From: Candidatus Micrarchaeota archaeon
GTDB taxonomy: Archaea; Micrarchaeota; Micrarchaeia; Norongarragalinales; SBBD01
Reading direction: 5' to 3'
DNA: 30,967 nucleotides
Assembly: GCA_043806595.1 (NCBI GenBank)
Contig: JAZDGU010000042.1
Span: forward strand, 1-30,967
A program made the position numbers and the translations under genes. The notes under the pieces were generated by a model. The model saw nothing but the letters and a program-made list of their open reading frames with translations. It was not told where the DNA came from and did not search any database. This document shows positions 17,642 to 26,135 of the stretch, piece by piece (the first letter of the stretch is position 1; each line of letters opens with the position of its first letter).

Positions 17642-18040
17642 CTATTGCTGGAGCATTCCGGCCCGTTCCTCGAGCGCCTGCAGCCTCGCGGAGACGGCGT
17701 CCATGGATTCGGCGACCTTGCCGAGCGCGGCGTCGAGGTTCTTCCTGCGGGACTCGAGCAGCTGGATGGCGTCCGGGACCGTCTTCTCGGCGAAGACACG
17801 GCCTCCGACCTCCACGAGCACGCGTTCGGCGTTCGCGACGGAGACCGGGACGAAGGTGCCGGAACCGACGCCCATGAGCGTGCTCCCGGCGTCCTTGACC
17901 GAGCCCAGGCCCCTGATGGACATCGTCAGCTCGGCCATCGCGGCCTGTATGGAGTTGCCCTGGCGCTGGAGTTCCTCTAGCTGGGACTGGTAGTACCTCG
18001 CCTCGTAGGCCATCCTGGAAAGCTCCTCGTTCTTTTCCAT
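17642..18040 (-). CDS. pfdA: Prefoldin alpha subunit
   Basis: Coiled coils flanking LMGVGSGTFV...VLVEVGGRVFAEKT, conserved position upstream of ftsY. Start trimmed to ATG 18040 (alternative 18046). Confidence 0.93.
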   Translation of the reverse strand: MEKNEELSRMAYEARYYQSQLEELQRQGNSIQAAMAELTMSIRGLGSVKDAGSTLMGVGSGTFVPVSVANAERVLVEVGGRVFAEKTVPDAIQLLESRRKNLDAALGKVAESMDAVSARLQALEERAGMLQQ

Positions 18041-18128
18041 CTTCATCCCCCCCTTTGGAATAACCGTAATGACGGAGGAAGCATTGTGCCGGGGAGAGTT
18101 GAAAAACGTTGGCACTACACGACGACCG

Positions 18129-18395
18129 TCATTTGTAAGTTGAGTCCGAGCGGCGCTCGATGAACGCCACCCAAACCGTCTTCTCCTCCCATAAGACTCG
18201 GTATTCGACGCGGAAGCTAGACAGCCTGACGCGGTAGGTTTCATCCCGGCCGCCAAGCTTCCTTACATCGTATTCCTTGCTTGGGACCGGCTCCTGCTCT
18301 AGCCGCTCCAGCAGGCGTATGACGCGCGCTTTATAGTCGTTATGAAGTAGCCTGAGCTGCTTCTTCGCGGCATTGCTCAACAGGACTGAAAACAT
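18129..18395 (-). CDS. Type II toxin, RelE/ParE family
   Basis: MFSVLLSNAAKKQL...DVRKLGG..ETYRVRLSSFRVEY...IERRSDSTYK. Confidence 0.88.
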   Translation of the reverse strand: MFSVLLSNAAKKQLRLLHNDYKARVIRLLERLEQEPVPSKEYDVRKLGGRDETYRVRLSSFRVEYRVLWEEKTVWVAFIERRSDSTYK

Positions 18396-18397
18396 GC

Positions 18398-18586
18398 TCA
18401 CTCCTTCAGGGTGTCGCGCCAAGGAGTCGCTTTTCCATGCCGCATTTCCTCAAATACAGCGTCGAGGCGCGCGTGTTCCTTCGCGGAAATGCGTTCAACG
18501 GGAACGAGGGAGCCGCGAAGTTTCCGGACCTCGCGCTGCACGTCCAAAAGCTTGCCATATAACGCGTTCAGAGTAACGTGTTCCAC
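18398..18586 (-). CDS. Putative antitoxin of the RelE-family toxin
   Basis: About 62 aa from GTG after AGGTGG, ending 2 nt before the toxin start, with EEMRHGKATPW C-terminus typical of antitoxins. Confidence 0.7.
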   Translation of the reverse strand: MEHVTLNALYGKLLDVQREVRKLRGSLVPVERISAKEHARLDAVFEEMRHGKATPWRDTLKE

Positions 18587-18716
18587 GCAAACCACCTAAA
18601 GAACATTGAACGCCGGTCTCCACACCTTGGTTTCTGGCGCACGCATGATATTTATGAAACCGGCTAATAAAGGGCTATGGTTGCACATTCCCCCTGCAGT
18701 GCATTAGTTAAGGCTG

Positions 18717-19373
18717 TTACGAGAACAGCGCCTCGAAGAGGCGCTGGACCTCGAAGCCGCTGGAGAGCTCGCCGACTAGCGCGCCCCTGGCGTTCGCGAT
18801 AATACAAAGGGAGATGAACGCGCTGCCGAGGTTCGCGGTCCCGATGCCCGCGGGCACGCCGAAGATGCGTTCGATCATCTTCAGCTCGGTCTCGCTGGAC
18901 TCGTTGTAGGAGAGGACGCCCTTGTTCGTGGCGATGGTCACGGAGCCTACAGTCGGCAGGCGGAAGGGGTGCGAGAAGGACTCTACGCCGAGGCAGTCGG
19001 CGATCCTGCGCGCCTCAGGCTTCTCGATGGCGGGGTTGAGGAGCACGGCCTTGTCGTTGGCGGCCATGTTGTTCCCCGGAACGTGCGTCTCGCTCGTCCG
19101 ATAGACGTTCAGCCCGGCCTTCTTCAGAAGGCGGACCTCCTCGTCTTCGGCGAACCCCGGCACTATTACGCCGGAGGAGTTCATGCAGGTGAACAGCCCG
19201 ATGAGCTCGGACTGGTTGACGAAAAGCCTGAGGCCCCGCACGCCGAGCGCTTCCTCGGCGCGTTCGGCGAACTTGCCGGGAGCAGTCTTGGGGAGCAGAA
19301 TCAGTTTGTCGCTTGCGCGGCAGAACAGCCCGATGAACGGGTTCTTGCGGAACGAGGTCTTTTCTATGCCCAA
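18717..19373 (-). CDS. eif6: Translation initiation factor 6 (aIF6)
   Basis: NPFIGLF, LIGLF..MNSSG, GNNMAANDK, TVGS..ATNKG and GTANLGS repeats; follows rpl31e. Confidence 0.95.
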   Translation of the reverse strand: MGIEKTSFRKNPFIGLFCRASDKLILLPKTAPGKFAERAEEALGVRGLRLFVNQSELIGLFTCMNSSGVIVPGFAEDEEVRLLKKAGLNVYRTSETHVPGNNMAANDKAVLLNPAIEKPEARRIADCLGVESFSHPFRLPTVGSVTIATNKGVLSYNESSETELKMIERIFGVPAGIGTANLGSAFISLCIIANARGALVGELSSGFEVQRLFEALFS

Positions 19374-19390
19374 CTATTTCGACACCCGCG

Positions 19391-19840
19391 CTATGCGACC
19401 GGCTCTGCGAGCACGATGCCGTCCTTGTCCTTGGTTGCCTTGAGCTTGACCTTCTTGAGGGGTCGCGCTCCGCCGTGGGCGCGGACGGCTTCGTTGAGCG
19501 CCGGCGCAATCCGGATGCTTTCGGCCGGGGACTTGAGGTGCCTGCAGAGGAACTCGCGGAGAAGCCTGCTGGCCCTGTTGGCGCGCTTCATGGCGGGCTT
19601 GGCGTATGCTCGGGAGAGGTCTACTGTGTAAAGGCGTTCGAGGACTATCTCGCGCTTCTTCTCTTTCTTCTCCTCCTTCTTCTCCTCGTTTATAGCCTCT
19701 TTTTTCGCCTCCTTCTTCGCCTCGGGCTTGCTGGCCTCGGGGGCCTTCGAGGCGGGCTGCTGGGCCTCGAGCTTCTTCTCCTCGGCCTTCTTCTCCTGCA
19801 GCTCTATGAACTTGTCCTGCTTGGCGGTCGGGTCTCCCAT
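19391..19840 (-). CDS. rpl31e: 50S ribosomal protein L31e with a long charged N-terminal extension
   Basis: ERLYTVDL...KRANRA...FLCRHLK...I...LNEAV core, located between rpl39e and eif6. Confidence 0.93.
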   Translation of the reverse strand: MGDPTAKQDKFIELQEKKAEEKKLEAQQPASKAPEASKPEAKKEAKKEAINEEKKEEKKEKKREIVLERLYTVDLSRAYAKPAMKRANRASRLLREFLCRHLKSPAESIRIAPALNEAVRAHGGARPLKKVKLKATKDKDGIVLAEPVA

Positions 19841-19842
19841 TG

Positions 19843-20010
19843 CTATTCATCCTTCTTGATCCTGAGCTTCTTCTGGAGCCAGTTGCGCGTTCCCCGGTTG
19901 AAGCGGATCCTGCGCTTGGTCTTGGCTATTACGAAGAGCGGAATCCTGCGGTTGATCCTCGCGGCCTTGCCGAGCTTCTTCTTGAACGTTCTCGTCTTGT
20001 TGGAGGACAT
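19843..20010 (-). CDS. rpl39e: 50S ribosomal protein L39e
   Basis: Manual translation MSSNKTRTFKKKLGKAARINRRIPLFVIAKTKRRIRFNRGTRNWLQKKLRIKKDE, too short for the ORF track. Confidence 0.93.
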   Translation of the reverse strand: MSSNKTRTFKKKLGKAARINRRIPLFVIAKTKRRIRFNRGTRNWLQKKLRIKKDE

Positions 20011-20017
20011 CAGCTCA

Positions 20018-20599
20018 TCACGCCTCGTAGTCTTCCGGCTGGGCGGAGAATTCCGCCTCGGTCTTGCCCTTGAGCTTGAGAGTCTCGCGCGTGAACAGCC
20101 AGAGCATGAGCGCGATAGCCTTGCGCCCCTTGTTGTTCGTGGGGACGACGACGTCGAGGTACTTGCCCTGGTTGTTCGTGTCGCAGAGCGCGACCACGGG
20201 GATGTTGATCTCGGAGGCCTCCTTGACGGCCTGCTTGTCCGCAGCCGGGTCCACTACGAAGATTATCTTTGGCTCGACGAAGTCGGCGCGCGCGGCGTTG
20301 GTGAACCTGCCGGGCGTGAACCTGCCGACGAGCGGCGTGAAGCCAGTGTGCTGGCACATCTGAAGTATCGGCTTGCGCGCGTTGTCCTTGTTGCTGATGA
20401 CGAAGACGTCCTTCTCGGGGTAGCTGGCAAGCAGGTTGACCGCGGCGCGAATCTTGCCGTCCATCTTCTTGAGGTCGAGCACGTGCAGGCCGTCCTCCCT
20501 GACCTTGTAGATGTACTGCTGCATGTCCCCGGACTTGTTGCGCGTGCCGATGTGCACGCCCGCGCCGAGGTACTTTTCCTGAGGAACCAGAAGGTCCAT
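20018..20599 (-). CDS. rps2: 30S ribosomal protein S2
   Basis: YLGAGVHIGT, GRFTPGRFTN, EP..IFVVDP..DKQA, ALCDTNN and PTNNKGRKAIAL motifs. Start ATG 20599 after GGTGA. Confidence 0.97.
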   Translation of the reverse strand: MDLLVPQEKYLGAGVHIGTRNKSGDMQQYIYKVREDGLHVLDLKKMDGKIRAAVNLLASYPEKDVFVISNKDNARKPILQMCQHTGFTPLVGRFTPGRFTNAARADFVEPKIIFVVDPAADKQAVKEASEINIPVVALCDTNNQGKYLDVVVPTNNKGRKAIALMLWLFTRETLKLKGKTEAEFSAQPEDYEA

Positions 20600-20763
20600 T
20601 TGATTCACCGAAACACAAACCAGTCGATATGCTTGCCTGTGACCTGCTTTGCGCGACAGAGCAATAGGCTGGGAACTTATTTGAAGATACTCAGCTTTAA
20701 AATGGTTTGCAGGATTAATACCAATCCGGGTTAAAAAGCCTTTTTGTACGGGGGGGTAAGGCC

Positions 20764-21267
20764 ATGGAGGAAACAGGCGGAAACGCGGCAAGACTCGACC
20801 CCAAGAGCGTGGTGGAAGCCGCGCTGTTCCTCGCCAACCGCGCGCTGAGGCTGGAGGAGCTCGCTTCCGTGGTGAACATGCCTGCGGAGCGCGTGGAAGG
20901 CCTTGTCGCGGAGCTTGCCGACGATTTGCAGCAGCGCGGCAGCGCCCTGAAGATAAGCGTCCGCGAGGACCCCGGCAGGCTAGCAGGCACCGAGGTCCGC
21001 CTGGAGATCCGCGGCGAGTTCGTGCCCGCGGTTTCGGCGCTTTCGCAGAACGTCAACCTGCCGCCCAAGGCGGTGAAGATCCTCGCCCTCGTCGCGAAGA
21101 AGAAGAAGCTCCTCCAGAGCGAACTCAAGTACTACTTCAAGGGCGACGTCTACGAGTACGTCGACGACCTCGTGAGCAAGGGATACTTGAGCGAGGCGAA
21201 GTTCAAGACGACCAAGGAGCTCAAGCCCACGAAGCTCTTCTTCGAGCACTTCAAGGGCGTGGAGTGA
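20764..21267 (+). CDS. scpB: SMC-Scp complex subunit ScpB
   Basis: VEAALF, RGSAL, ILALVA...QSEL and Y(V)..L...G...PTKLF.EHF pattern of tandem winged helices. Confidence 0.88.
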   Translation: MEETGGNAARLDPKSVVEAALFLANRALRLEELASVVNMPAERVEGLVAELADDLQQRGSALKISVREDPGRLAGTEVRLEIRGEFVPAVSALSQNVNLPPKAVKILALVAKKKKLLQSELKYYFKGDVYEYVDDLVSKGYLSEAKFKTTKELKPTKLFFEHFKGVE

Positions 21268-21276
21268 TCTGCTGCC

Positions 21277-21633
21277 ATGGAGGAGCTCGCGAGGCTGCTG
21301 AGGCGGGGCGGCTGGAGCTGCGCGCACGGGTACGCTCCGGGGAGAACCGTGGAGCGGTTCAAGGTCGGAAGAAGGACGATCGCCGCCAACAGCCATTTCA
21401 CCCAGCTGGTGCTCGTCCCCCGGGAGGAACTCGGGGCGGCCATGCCGAGGGACGAGGTCATGAAGCTTGTCAGAAGGCATTTCAGGGGGTATGCGCATAC
21501 GCTCAGTGAGGCGCTCGGCGGAAGGAGGGACGGCATCGTGGCGAGGGATTACGAGACGCCGGAAATTTCGCCCCTCAGGAGATTGGCCGCGGAATTGAAG
21601 AGGATGAACGCAATGGAAAAAAGGAGGGGATGA
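21277..21633 (+). CDS. Hypothetical protein
   Basis: 118-aa ORF 9 nt after scpB with a GGAGTGA RBS; no family recognised. Confidence 0.55.
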   Translation: MEELARLLRRGGWSCAHGYAPGRTVERFKVGRRTIAANSHFTQLVLVPREELGAAMPRDEVMKLVRRHFRGYAHTLSEALGGRRDGIVARDYETPEISPLRRLAAELKRMNAMEKRRG

Positions 21634-21699
21634 CGGGAAAAGGGGCTGAATGAGCAAAATATCTAAAATATCCATAAACACGAAGGGGGAGACAGCCGC

Positions 21700-22095
21700 A
21701 TGACGGAGCCATCGGAGAAATTCGCGCTGTTGGGAAGGGAATTCGGATCGCGGGAGGCCGCGGCAGGGCACGCGCGCGCGGTTGCGGAAAGGACTGCAGA
21801 CCACGAGACTTTCGAACGGATCCTCGACTTTACCGGACGCCACTTCGAAAAAACGGGGGAGCAGGGGAGAAAGGACCTCGCCGCGGCGGTATGGCGGGCT
21901 GCAGAGCATGCCGAGCTTGCCGGGAAGGTGCTGAAGGTCATTGAAGAAAACCACGGGCATGCGGAAACGCAAGCAATCAGAAAGCATTTCATACGGGCGC
22001 TGCAGTTAGTCTGGCCCCTGTTGACGGCCGCCGGCGACAACAAGGGAAGCGGAAGGGCAAAAGCCATACAAACGGCGCTGCTGCTGAAGAGATGA
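21700..22095 (+). CDS. Hypothetical helical protein
   Basis: 131-aa ORF with a purine-rich RBS, filling the gap before a convergent gene. Confidence 0.55.
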   Translation: MTEPSEKFALLGREFGSREAAAGHARAVAERTADHETFERILDFTGRHFEKTGEQGRKDLAAAVWRAAEHAELAGKVLKVIEENHGHAETQAIRKHFIRALQLVWPLLTAAGDNKGSGRAKAIQTALLLKR

Positions 22096-22129
22096 AGAAA
22101 GGGGATGCAGTGCTGGCGGGCGAAAACGG

Positions 22130-22993
22130 TCAGAAGTCGATGCCCGAGGCCTGCAGCACCTGGAGGTCCTCGAGGGAGATCTTCTTGCCGGACTTGAAGT
22201 CCTGAGCGATGAGCCGAGCGCGCTCGTTGATGCTCAGCTGCTTGCGGGAGTCGACCGTCTTGCGCCGGGCCTCCTCCTCCTTGCGCTTCTTGGCGGCCTC
22301 GCGGTCGATCTCGTCCTGCGTGCCCTCGAGCCTGTAACGGATGTCGCCGGCCTCCTTGCTCTTCTCGCCTATGAGGTCCAGGTAGCCGGAAATCTTGGCC
22401 TTGGTCTCGTCGGCCTTCTTGTAGAGCGACTGGACCTTCTCGTGCGCGGCGTCGCCCTCCTTCTTGAGAACCTCGATGCCCTCGTCGAGGGCGCGGAATT
22501 CCATGCTGAGGGTATGCTTGCGCTGGCGCAGGTCGCGCGCCCTGCGGTTGAGGGGCTCGATCTTCTCGGCCTTGTCCAGCTCCTTCTTGATCTTCTGCAC
22601 CTCCTGCGAGAGGGCCTTCTCCTTGAGCGGGCTCATGCCCTCGGTCTGGAGGCGCCACTCCAGCTCGTTCATCATCCTGCGGAGGACTCCCGCGGGGTAG
22701 CGCGACTCCTGCGGCATCTTGGAAATCTGCGCCTCGAGCGCGGCCAGGTCCGCGTCGAGCCTGCGCGCCTGTTCCACGAGCGCCTTGCGCTTGTCGAAAA
22801 GCTCCTTGACCTCGGAGTTGAGGGTGTCGCGCTTGCGCTTGGCCTCGGTCGCCTGCGCCAGGAGTTGCTTGTAGTGGTCGATGTTCTTGAGGTTCTCGTC
22901 CGAGAGCTTGTGGAGCTCCTCCGAGGTCTTATTGCGCGCCTGCTTGAGTTCGGTGGCTTGAACGGCAAGGTCTGATGCGGTCATTCGGCTCAT
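22130..22993 (-). CDS. Archaeal coiled-coil protein (COG1340-like)
   Basis: KRDTLNSEVKEL, LEWRLQTEGMSPLKEK, AHEKV...ADE and FKSGKKISLEDL motifs. ATGA overlap with the upstream gene. Confidence 0.8.
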   Translation of the reverse strand: MSRMTASDLAVQATELKQARNKTSEELHKLSDENLKNIDHYKQLLAQATEAKRKRDTLNSEVKELFDKRKALVEQARRLDADLAALEAQISKMPQESRYPAGVLRRMMNELEWRLQTEGMSPLKEKALSQEVQKIKKELDKAEKIEPLNRRARDLRQRKHTLSMEFRALDEGIEVLKKEGDAAHEKVQSLYKKADETKAKISGYLDLIGEKSKEAGDIRYRLEGTQDEIDREAAKKRKEEEARRKTVDSRKQLSINERARLIAQDFKSGKKISLEDLQVLQASGIDF

Positions 22994-23412
22994 TGCCCTG
23001 CTTCCGGAGGCATCTCCAGTTCAATCTCCGTGATTATCTCGTCGAGTTCCGCGCGCTGCTTCTCGAGCACCTTCTTGATGCGGCGGATGCGCTTCTGCGT
23101 GAGCGCGATTTCGCGGTATTTGCGCGAGGCCTTGTTGAAGTGCTCCATGGAAAGAGTGTTGTACGGCTCGGCGTCCATGCTCGTGCTGATGTCCTTGAGT
23201 ATCTCGCCCATCAGGTTGTTCGCGGCGAGCTTGACCTCGAACCTTATCTGGTGCTGCTGGTGCAGGCTCTCCCTGATTATCCGCACTACGCGGGCGTTGG
23301 GGAACGGCAGCTTCTCCTCCTCCTCGGTAGTGAGCTCCGGCTCCTGGCCCTCGGGCCCTTCGACCGCAGCTTCCGCGGCCTGCTGTTCTTGTGGAACGCC
23401 TTCATCCTGCAC
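22990..23412 (-). CDS. Histone-fold protein with acidic N-tail and C-terminal coiled coil
   Basis: LPFPNARVVRIIR...IRFEVKLA...TLSMEHF resembles histone alpha1-L1-alpha2-L2-alpha3. GTG start after AGGTGG. Confidence 0.68.
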   Translation of the reverse strand: MQDEGVPQEQQAAEAAVEGPEGQEPELTTEEEEKLPFPNARVVRIIRESLHQQHQIRFEVKLAANNLMGEILKDISTSMDAEPYNTLSMEHFNKASRKYREIALTQKRIRRIKKVLEKQRAELDEIITEIELEMPPEAGQ

Positions 23413-23474
23413 GATAAACCACCTTAAAATTAGGGCGCATTTATTCGGGATTGAAAGCTTTTAAAGGCTTGTTC

Positions 23475-24740
23475 TCACGACACGAGCCTTGCCCTGAAGG
23501 CCGCCCTTCCGCTGACGAGGTTGCCGAAGCGCTCCCTTTTCCGCTCGAACCCCGCATGGCGCATGACCTCGAAGAAGTTGCCGCGCAGGACCGAGCCCTT
23601 CAGCCCCCTCCCGAGCTCGCCGTTGCGGATTTCGAACGCGGTGAGGAGGGGGAAGCCGAAGTCGCCGGTGACGTCGTTCGCGCCGCTCGTCAGGAAGCTT
23701 GTGACGTAGACTCCCCGCCTGCACTCGGAGACCGCGTCCGGAAGCCGGCCGCCCTCGACCACGGCGTTCGTGAAGGCGGGCTGGGGCTGCGAGGAATACG
23801 ACGCGCGCACGCCGTTGCCGGGTTTCTTCCCGCACCGGACCGCTGTGCGCATGTCGAAGAGGAAATTCGTGGCGGCGCCGGACTCTGCGAGGGGGAGCGG
23901 CGCCGTCTTGAAGCCCTCGTCGTCATATTCCGCGGAGTTCTCGCTGCCCGGCACTCGGGGGTCGTCGAGAAGGGAGAGCCCGTCGGCGAGGAACCGCCCG
24001 CCCTCCCTCAACCGAGTCAGCTTGCGTCGGAAGGACTCGCCGCTGAAGTGGAAAGGGAGGAAGAGCTCGAACAGCGAGTGGAGGGCGCGTGCGTCGAACA
24101 CCACCGGAATGACTCCGGACGCGGGCTTCACCGGTGCGCGCATCGCCCTCGCCGCCGCTGCCGCGGTCCGCGCTACGGGGCCGGCATCGAACGGGCGGCT
24201 TGACGACTGCGCGTGGTCGCCTTCCGCGCCGCCGCTGGAGCAGTGGCTGTAGGCGAAGAAGTTCGAGAATTCCTGAGAGACCCTCGCGCCCTCGGAGGAT
24301 AGGAGCAGCTGGCTCGTCCGCGTGCGGCCGGAGAGGTTGACGATCCCGACGACGCCCCGGGAATGCCCCGAATCCATGGATTCGACGTTCGCGAGGAGGT
24401 CGGAGTAGCCGGCGTCCGCCGCGGCGGGGTCGTAGAACTTCCGCGAGACGGCGCGCGCGCGGGAGGCGAAGAAGTAGCCGGCCTTTTCCTGCTGGCGGGA
24501 CAGCCGGAGCGCGGCGTCCACGGACTTGCGGAACTCCTTCTCCTTCTCGAAGGAGGCGAAGCCCATCCTGCCCGACCTGATGACGCGAACTGCATGGCCC
24601 TTCGAGTAGGAGAAGTCGCGCGCGGACGCCCTAGCGGACTTCGATGAGAAGACCGCGCTCGAGGACGACTGCACGAAGAGCTCTATTTCCGCGTTGGTCC
24701 TGCGCGATTCCTTGAGCAGATCGTCCTCGGTATGGGCCAT
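23475..24740 (-). CDS. pmbA: PmbA/TldE family protein
   Basis: AVRVIRSGRMGFAS, LLDDP, YDDEG, GNG.R, GANDVTGDF and NGE motifs; no HExxxH. Start trimmed to ATG 24740. Confidence 0.88.
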   Translation of the reverse strand: MAHTEDDLLKESRRTNAEIELFVQSSSSAVFSSKSARASARDFSYSKGHAVRVIRSGRMGFASFEKEKEFRKSVDAALRLSRQQEKAGYFFASRARAVSRKFYDPAAADAGYSDLLANVESMDSGHSRGVVGIVNLSGRTRTSQLLLSSEGARVSQEFSNFFAYSHCSSGGAEGDHAQSSSRPFDAGPVARTAAAAARAMRAPVKPASGVIPVVFDARALHSLFELFLPFHFSGESFRRKLTRLREGGRFLADGLSLLDDPRVPGSENSAEYDDEGFKTAPLPLAESGAATNFLFDMRTAVRCGKKPGNGVRASYSSQPQPAFTNAVVEGGRLPDAVSECRRGVYVTSFLTSGANDVTGDFGFPLLTAFEIRNGELGRGLKGSVLRGNFFEVMRHAGFERKRERFGNLVSGRAAFRARLVS

Positions 24741-24763
24741 ATGACGGGCGTTAATGCATACTA

Positions 24764-24771
24764 ATTTATAT
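24764..24771. promoter_or_regulatory. Candidate bidirectional TATA element between pmbA and the ABC ATPase
   Basis: ATTTATAT centred about 25-30 nt from both divergent start codons (24740 and 24796). Confidence 0.5.
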
Positions 24772-24795
24772 TCGTGGGGGAAACAAGGGGGAATA

Positions 24796-25545
24796 ATGAG
24801 CTTTCTCGAGGTCAAGAACGTCACGCACTCCTTCGAGGAAGAGGGCAAGAAGTTCACGGTGCTGGACAACATCTCCTTCTCCGTGGAGAAGAACGAGTTC
24901 GTGGCCATCGTCGGGCCCTCGGGCTGCGGCAAGAGCACCCTGCTGCGCATCATCGCCGGCATTGACCGGCCAACCGCCGGCGTGGTCACCTTCGAGGATT
25001 CCCCGCTGGAAATCACCAACCCGAAGGTGTCCATGGTCTTCCAGAACTTCGCGCTGCTGCCGTGGCTTACCGTGGAGCAGAATATAGAGCTCGGCCTGCA
25101 GGCGAACAAGGTAGCCGACGCCAAGCGCAGGGAGCTGGTGAAACAGTTCATCCACATCGTGGGGCTGGAGGGCACGGAGACCGCCTACCCGCGCGAGCTC
25201 TCCGGGGGCATGAAGCAGCGCGTGGGCATAGCGAGGGCGCTCGCAGTTGAGCCGGCTCTGCTGTGCATGGACGAGCCGTTCTCCAACCTCGACGACCTGA
25301 CCTCCCGCAGCTTGAGGAAGGAGCTGCTGCTTCTCTGGCAGGACGAGACCCTTCCGCCCGACACCGTCATACTTATTACCCACAACATCGAGGAGGCGGT
25401 GTACCTGGCGGACCGCATACTAGTGATGTCGCAGGCGCCGGCCAGAATCATCGCCCAGCTCAAGATCTCGCTGCCGAGGCCGCGCGAGCAGAAGAGCCAG
25501 GAGTTCATCAACGACGTCGACAAGGTTTATTCCCTGATGACCTGA
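24796..25545 (+). CDS. NitT/TauT-family ABC transporter ATP-binding protein
   Basis: GPSGCGKST, VFQ.FALLPW, YPRELSGGMKQR, MDEPF, THNIEEA and LPRPR motifs. Confidence 0.93.
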   Translation: MSFLEVKNVTHSFEEEGKKFTVLDNISFSVEKNEFVAIVGPSGCGKSTLLRIIAGIDRPTAGVVTFEDSPLEITNPKVSMVFQNFALLPWLTVEQNIELGLQANKVADAKRRELVKQFIHIVGLEGTETAYPRELSGGMKQRVGIARALAVEPALLCMDEPFSNLDDLTSRSLRKELLLLWQDETLPPDTVILITHNIEEAVYLADRILVMSQAPARIIAQLKISLPRPREQKSQEFINDVDKVYSLMT

Positions 25546-25618
25546 CGCGGGGGATTGAACAAGGTTTTAAAATCAGGGGCCGGTTATACAACGCAGGGAG
25601 GCAAGAAGTGAGGAGAAA

Positions 25619-26095
25619 ATGAACAGGTTACCGGAGACGGGGATTCTGAAGGTCATCGGCCTGCTGGAGGTCCTGCACGACCACGGCGGCGAGGACGAGA
25701 CCGTCCGAATCGTGGAGGAGCTGCACATGGACGTCGAGAGCCTGCTGCCGGTGACCGAGGCCGCGGAGCTGCTCGGGTTCGTCGACATATCCGGCGGGAA
25801 GATTAAGCTCACCGACCACGGCCAGAAGATCATCAAGGCGGGCATCACCGAGCGCAAGAGGATAGTGAAGGAGAGGCTCATCACGCTCGAGGCGTTCAAG
25901 AAGACGCTCCTCCTGCTTGAAGGCAAGAAGGAGAAGCGCATACCCAAGAAGCTGCTGACCAAGGTCATACGCCAGGACCTCATGCCCCAGCACGCCGACA
26001 GGACCATCACGCGCATCATCGACTGGGGCAGGCACGCCGGCCTGCTGGGCTACGACAGCGACACCGACGAGCTCTACCTAATAAAGCCGGCCTGA
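25619..26095 (+). CDS. Stand-alone AAA-associated C-terminal domain protein of NitT/TauT ATPases
   Basis: GLLEVL, LLPVTEAAELLGF, LT..G and IIDWGRHAGLLGYD motifs, normally fused to or adjacent to this ATPase. Confidence 0.8.
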   Translation: MNRLPETGILKVIGLLEVLHDHGGEDETVRIVEELHMDVESLLPVTEAAELLGFVDISGGKIKLTDHGQKIIKAGITERKRIVKERLITLEAFKKTLLLLEGKKEKRIPKKLLTKVIRQDLMPQHADRTITRIIDWGRHAGLLGYDSDTDELYLIKPA

Positions 26096-26135
26096 AGCGC
26101 ATGGGAACAAACGAGAATAGTTAGGTGGTAGTGTA

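Noticed and set aside
20960..21002. GGACC/GGTCC hairpin inside scpB as another micro-intron
   Set aside because: No 4-bp helix with opposed 3-nt bulges can be drawn, and the frame is uninterrupted.
24741..25175. N-terminal extension of PmbA in the 566-aa ORF call
   Set aside because: It overlaps the ABC ATPase on the opposite strand, and a TATA-spaced ATG at 24740 gives a normal-sized protein. The listed extensions of pfdA and rps2 were rejected on similar grounds.
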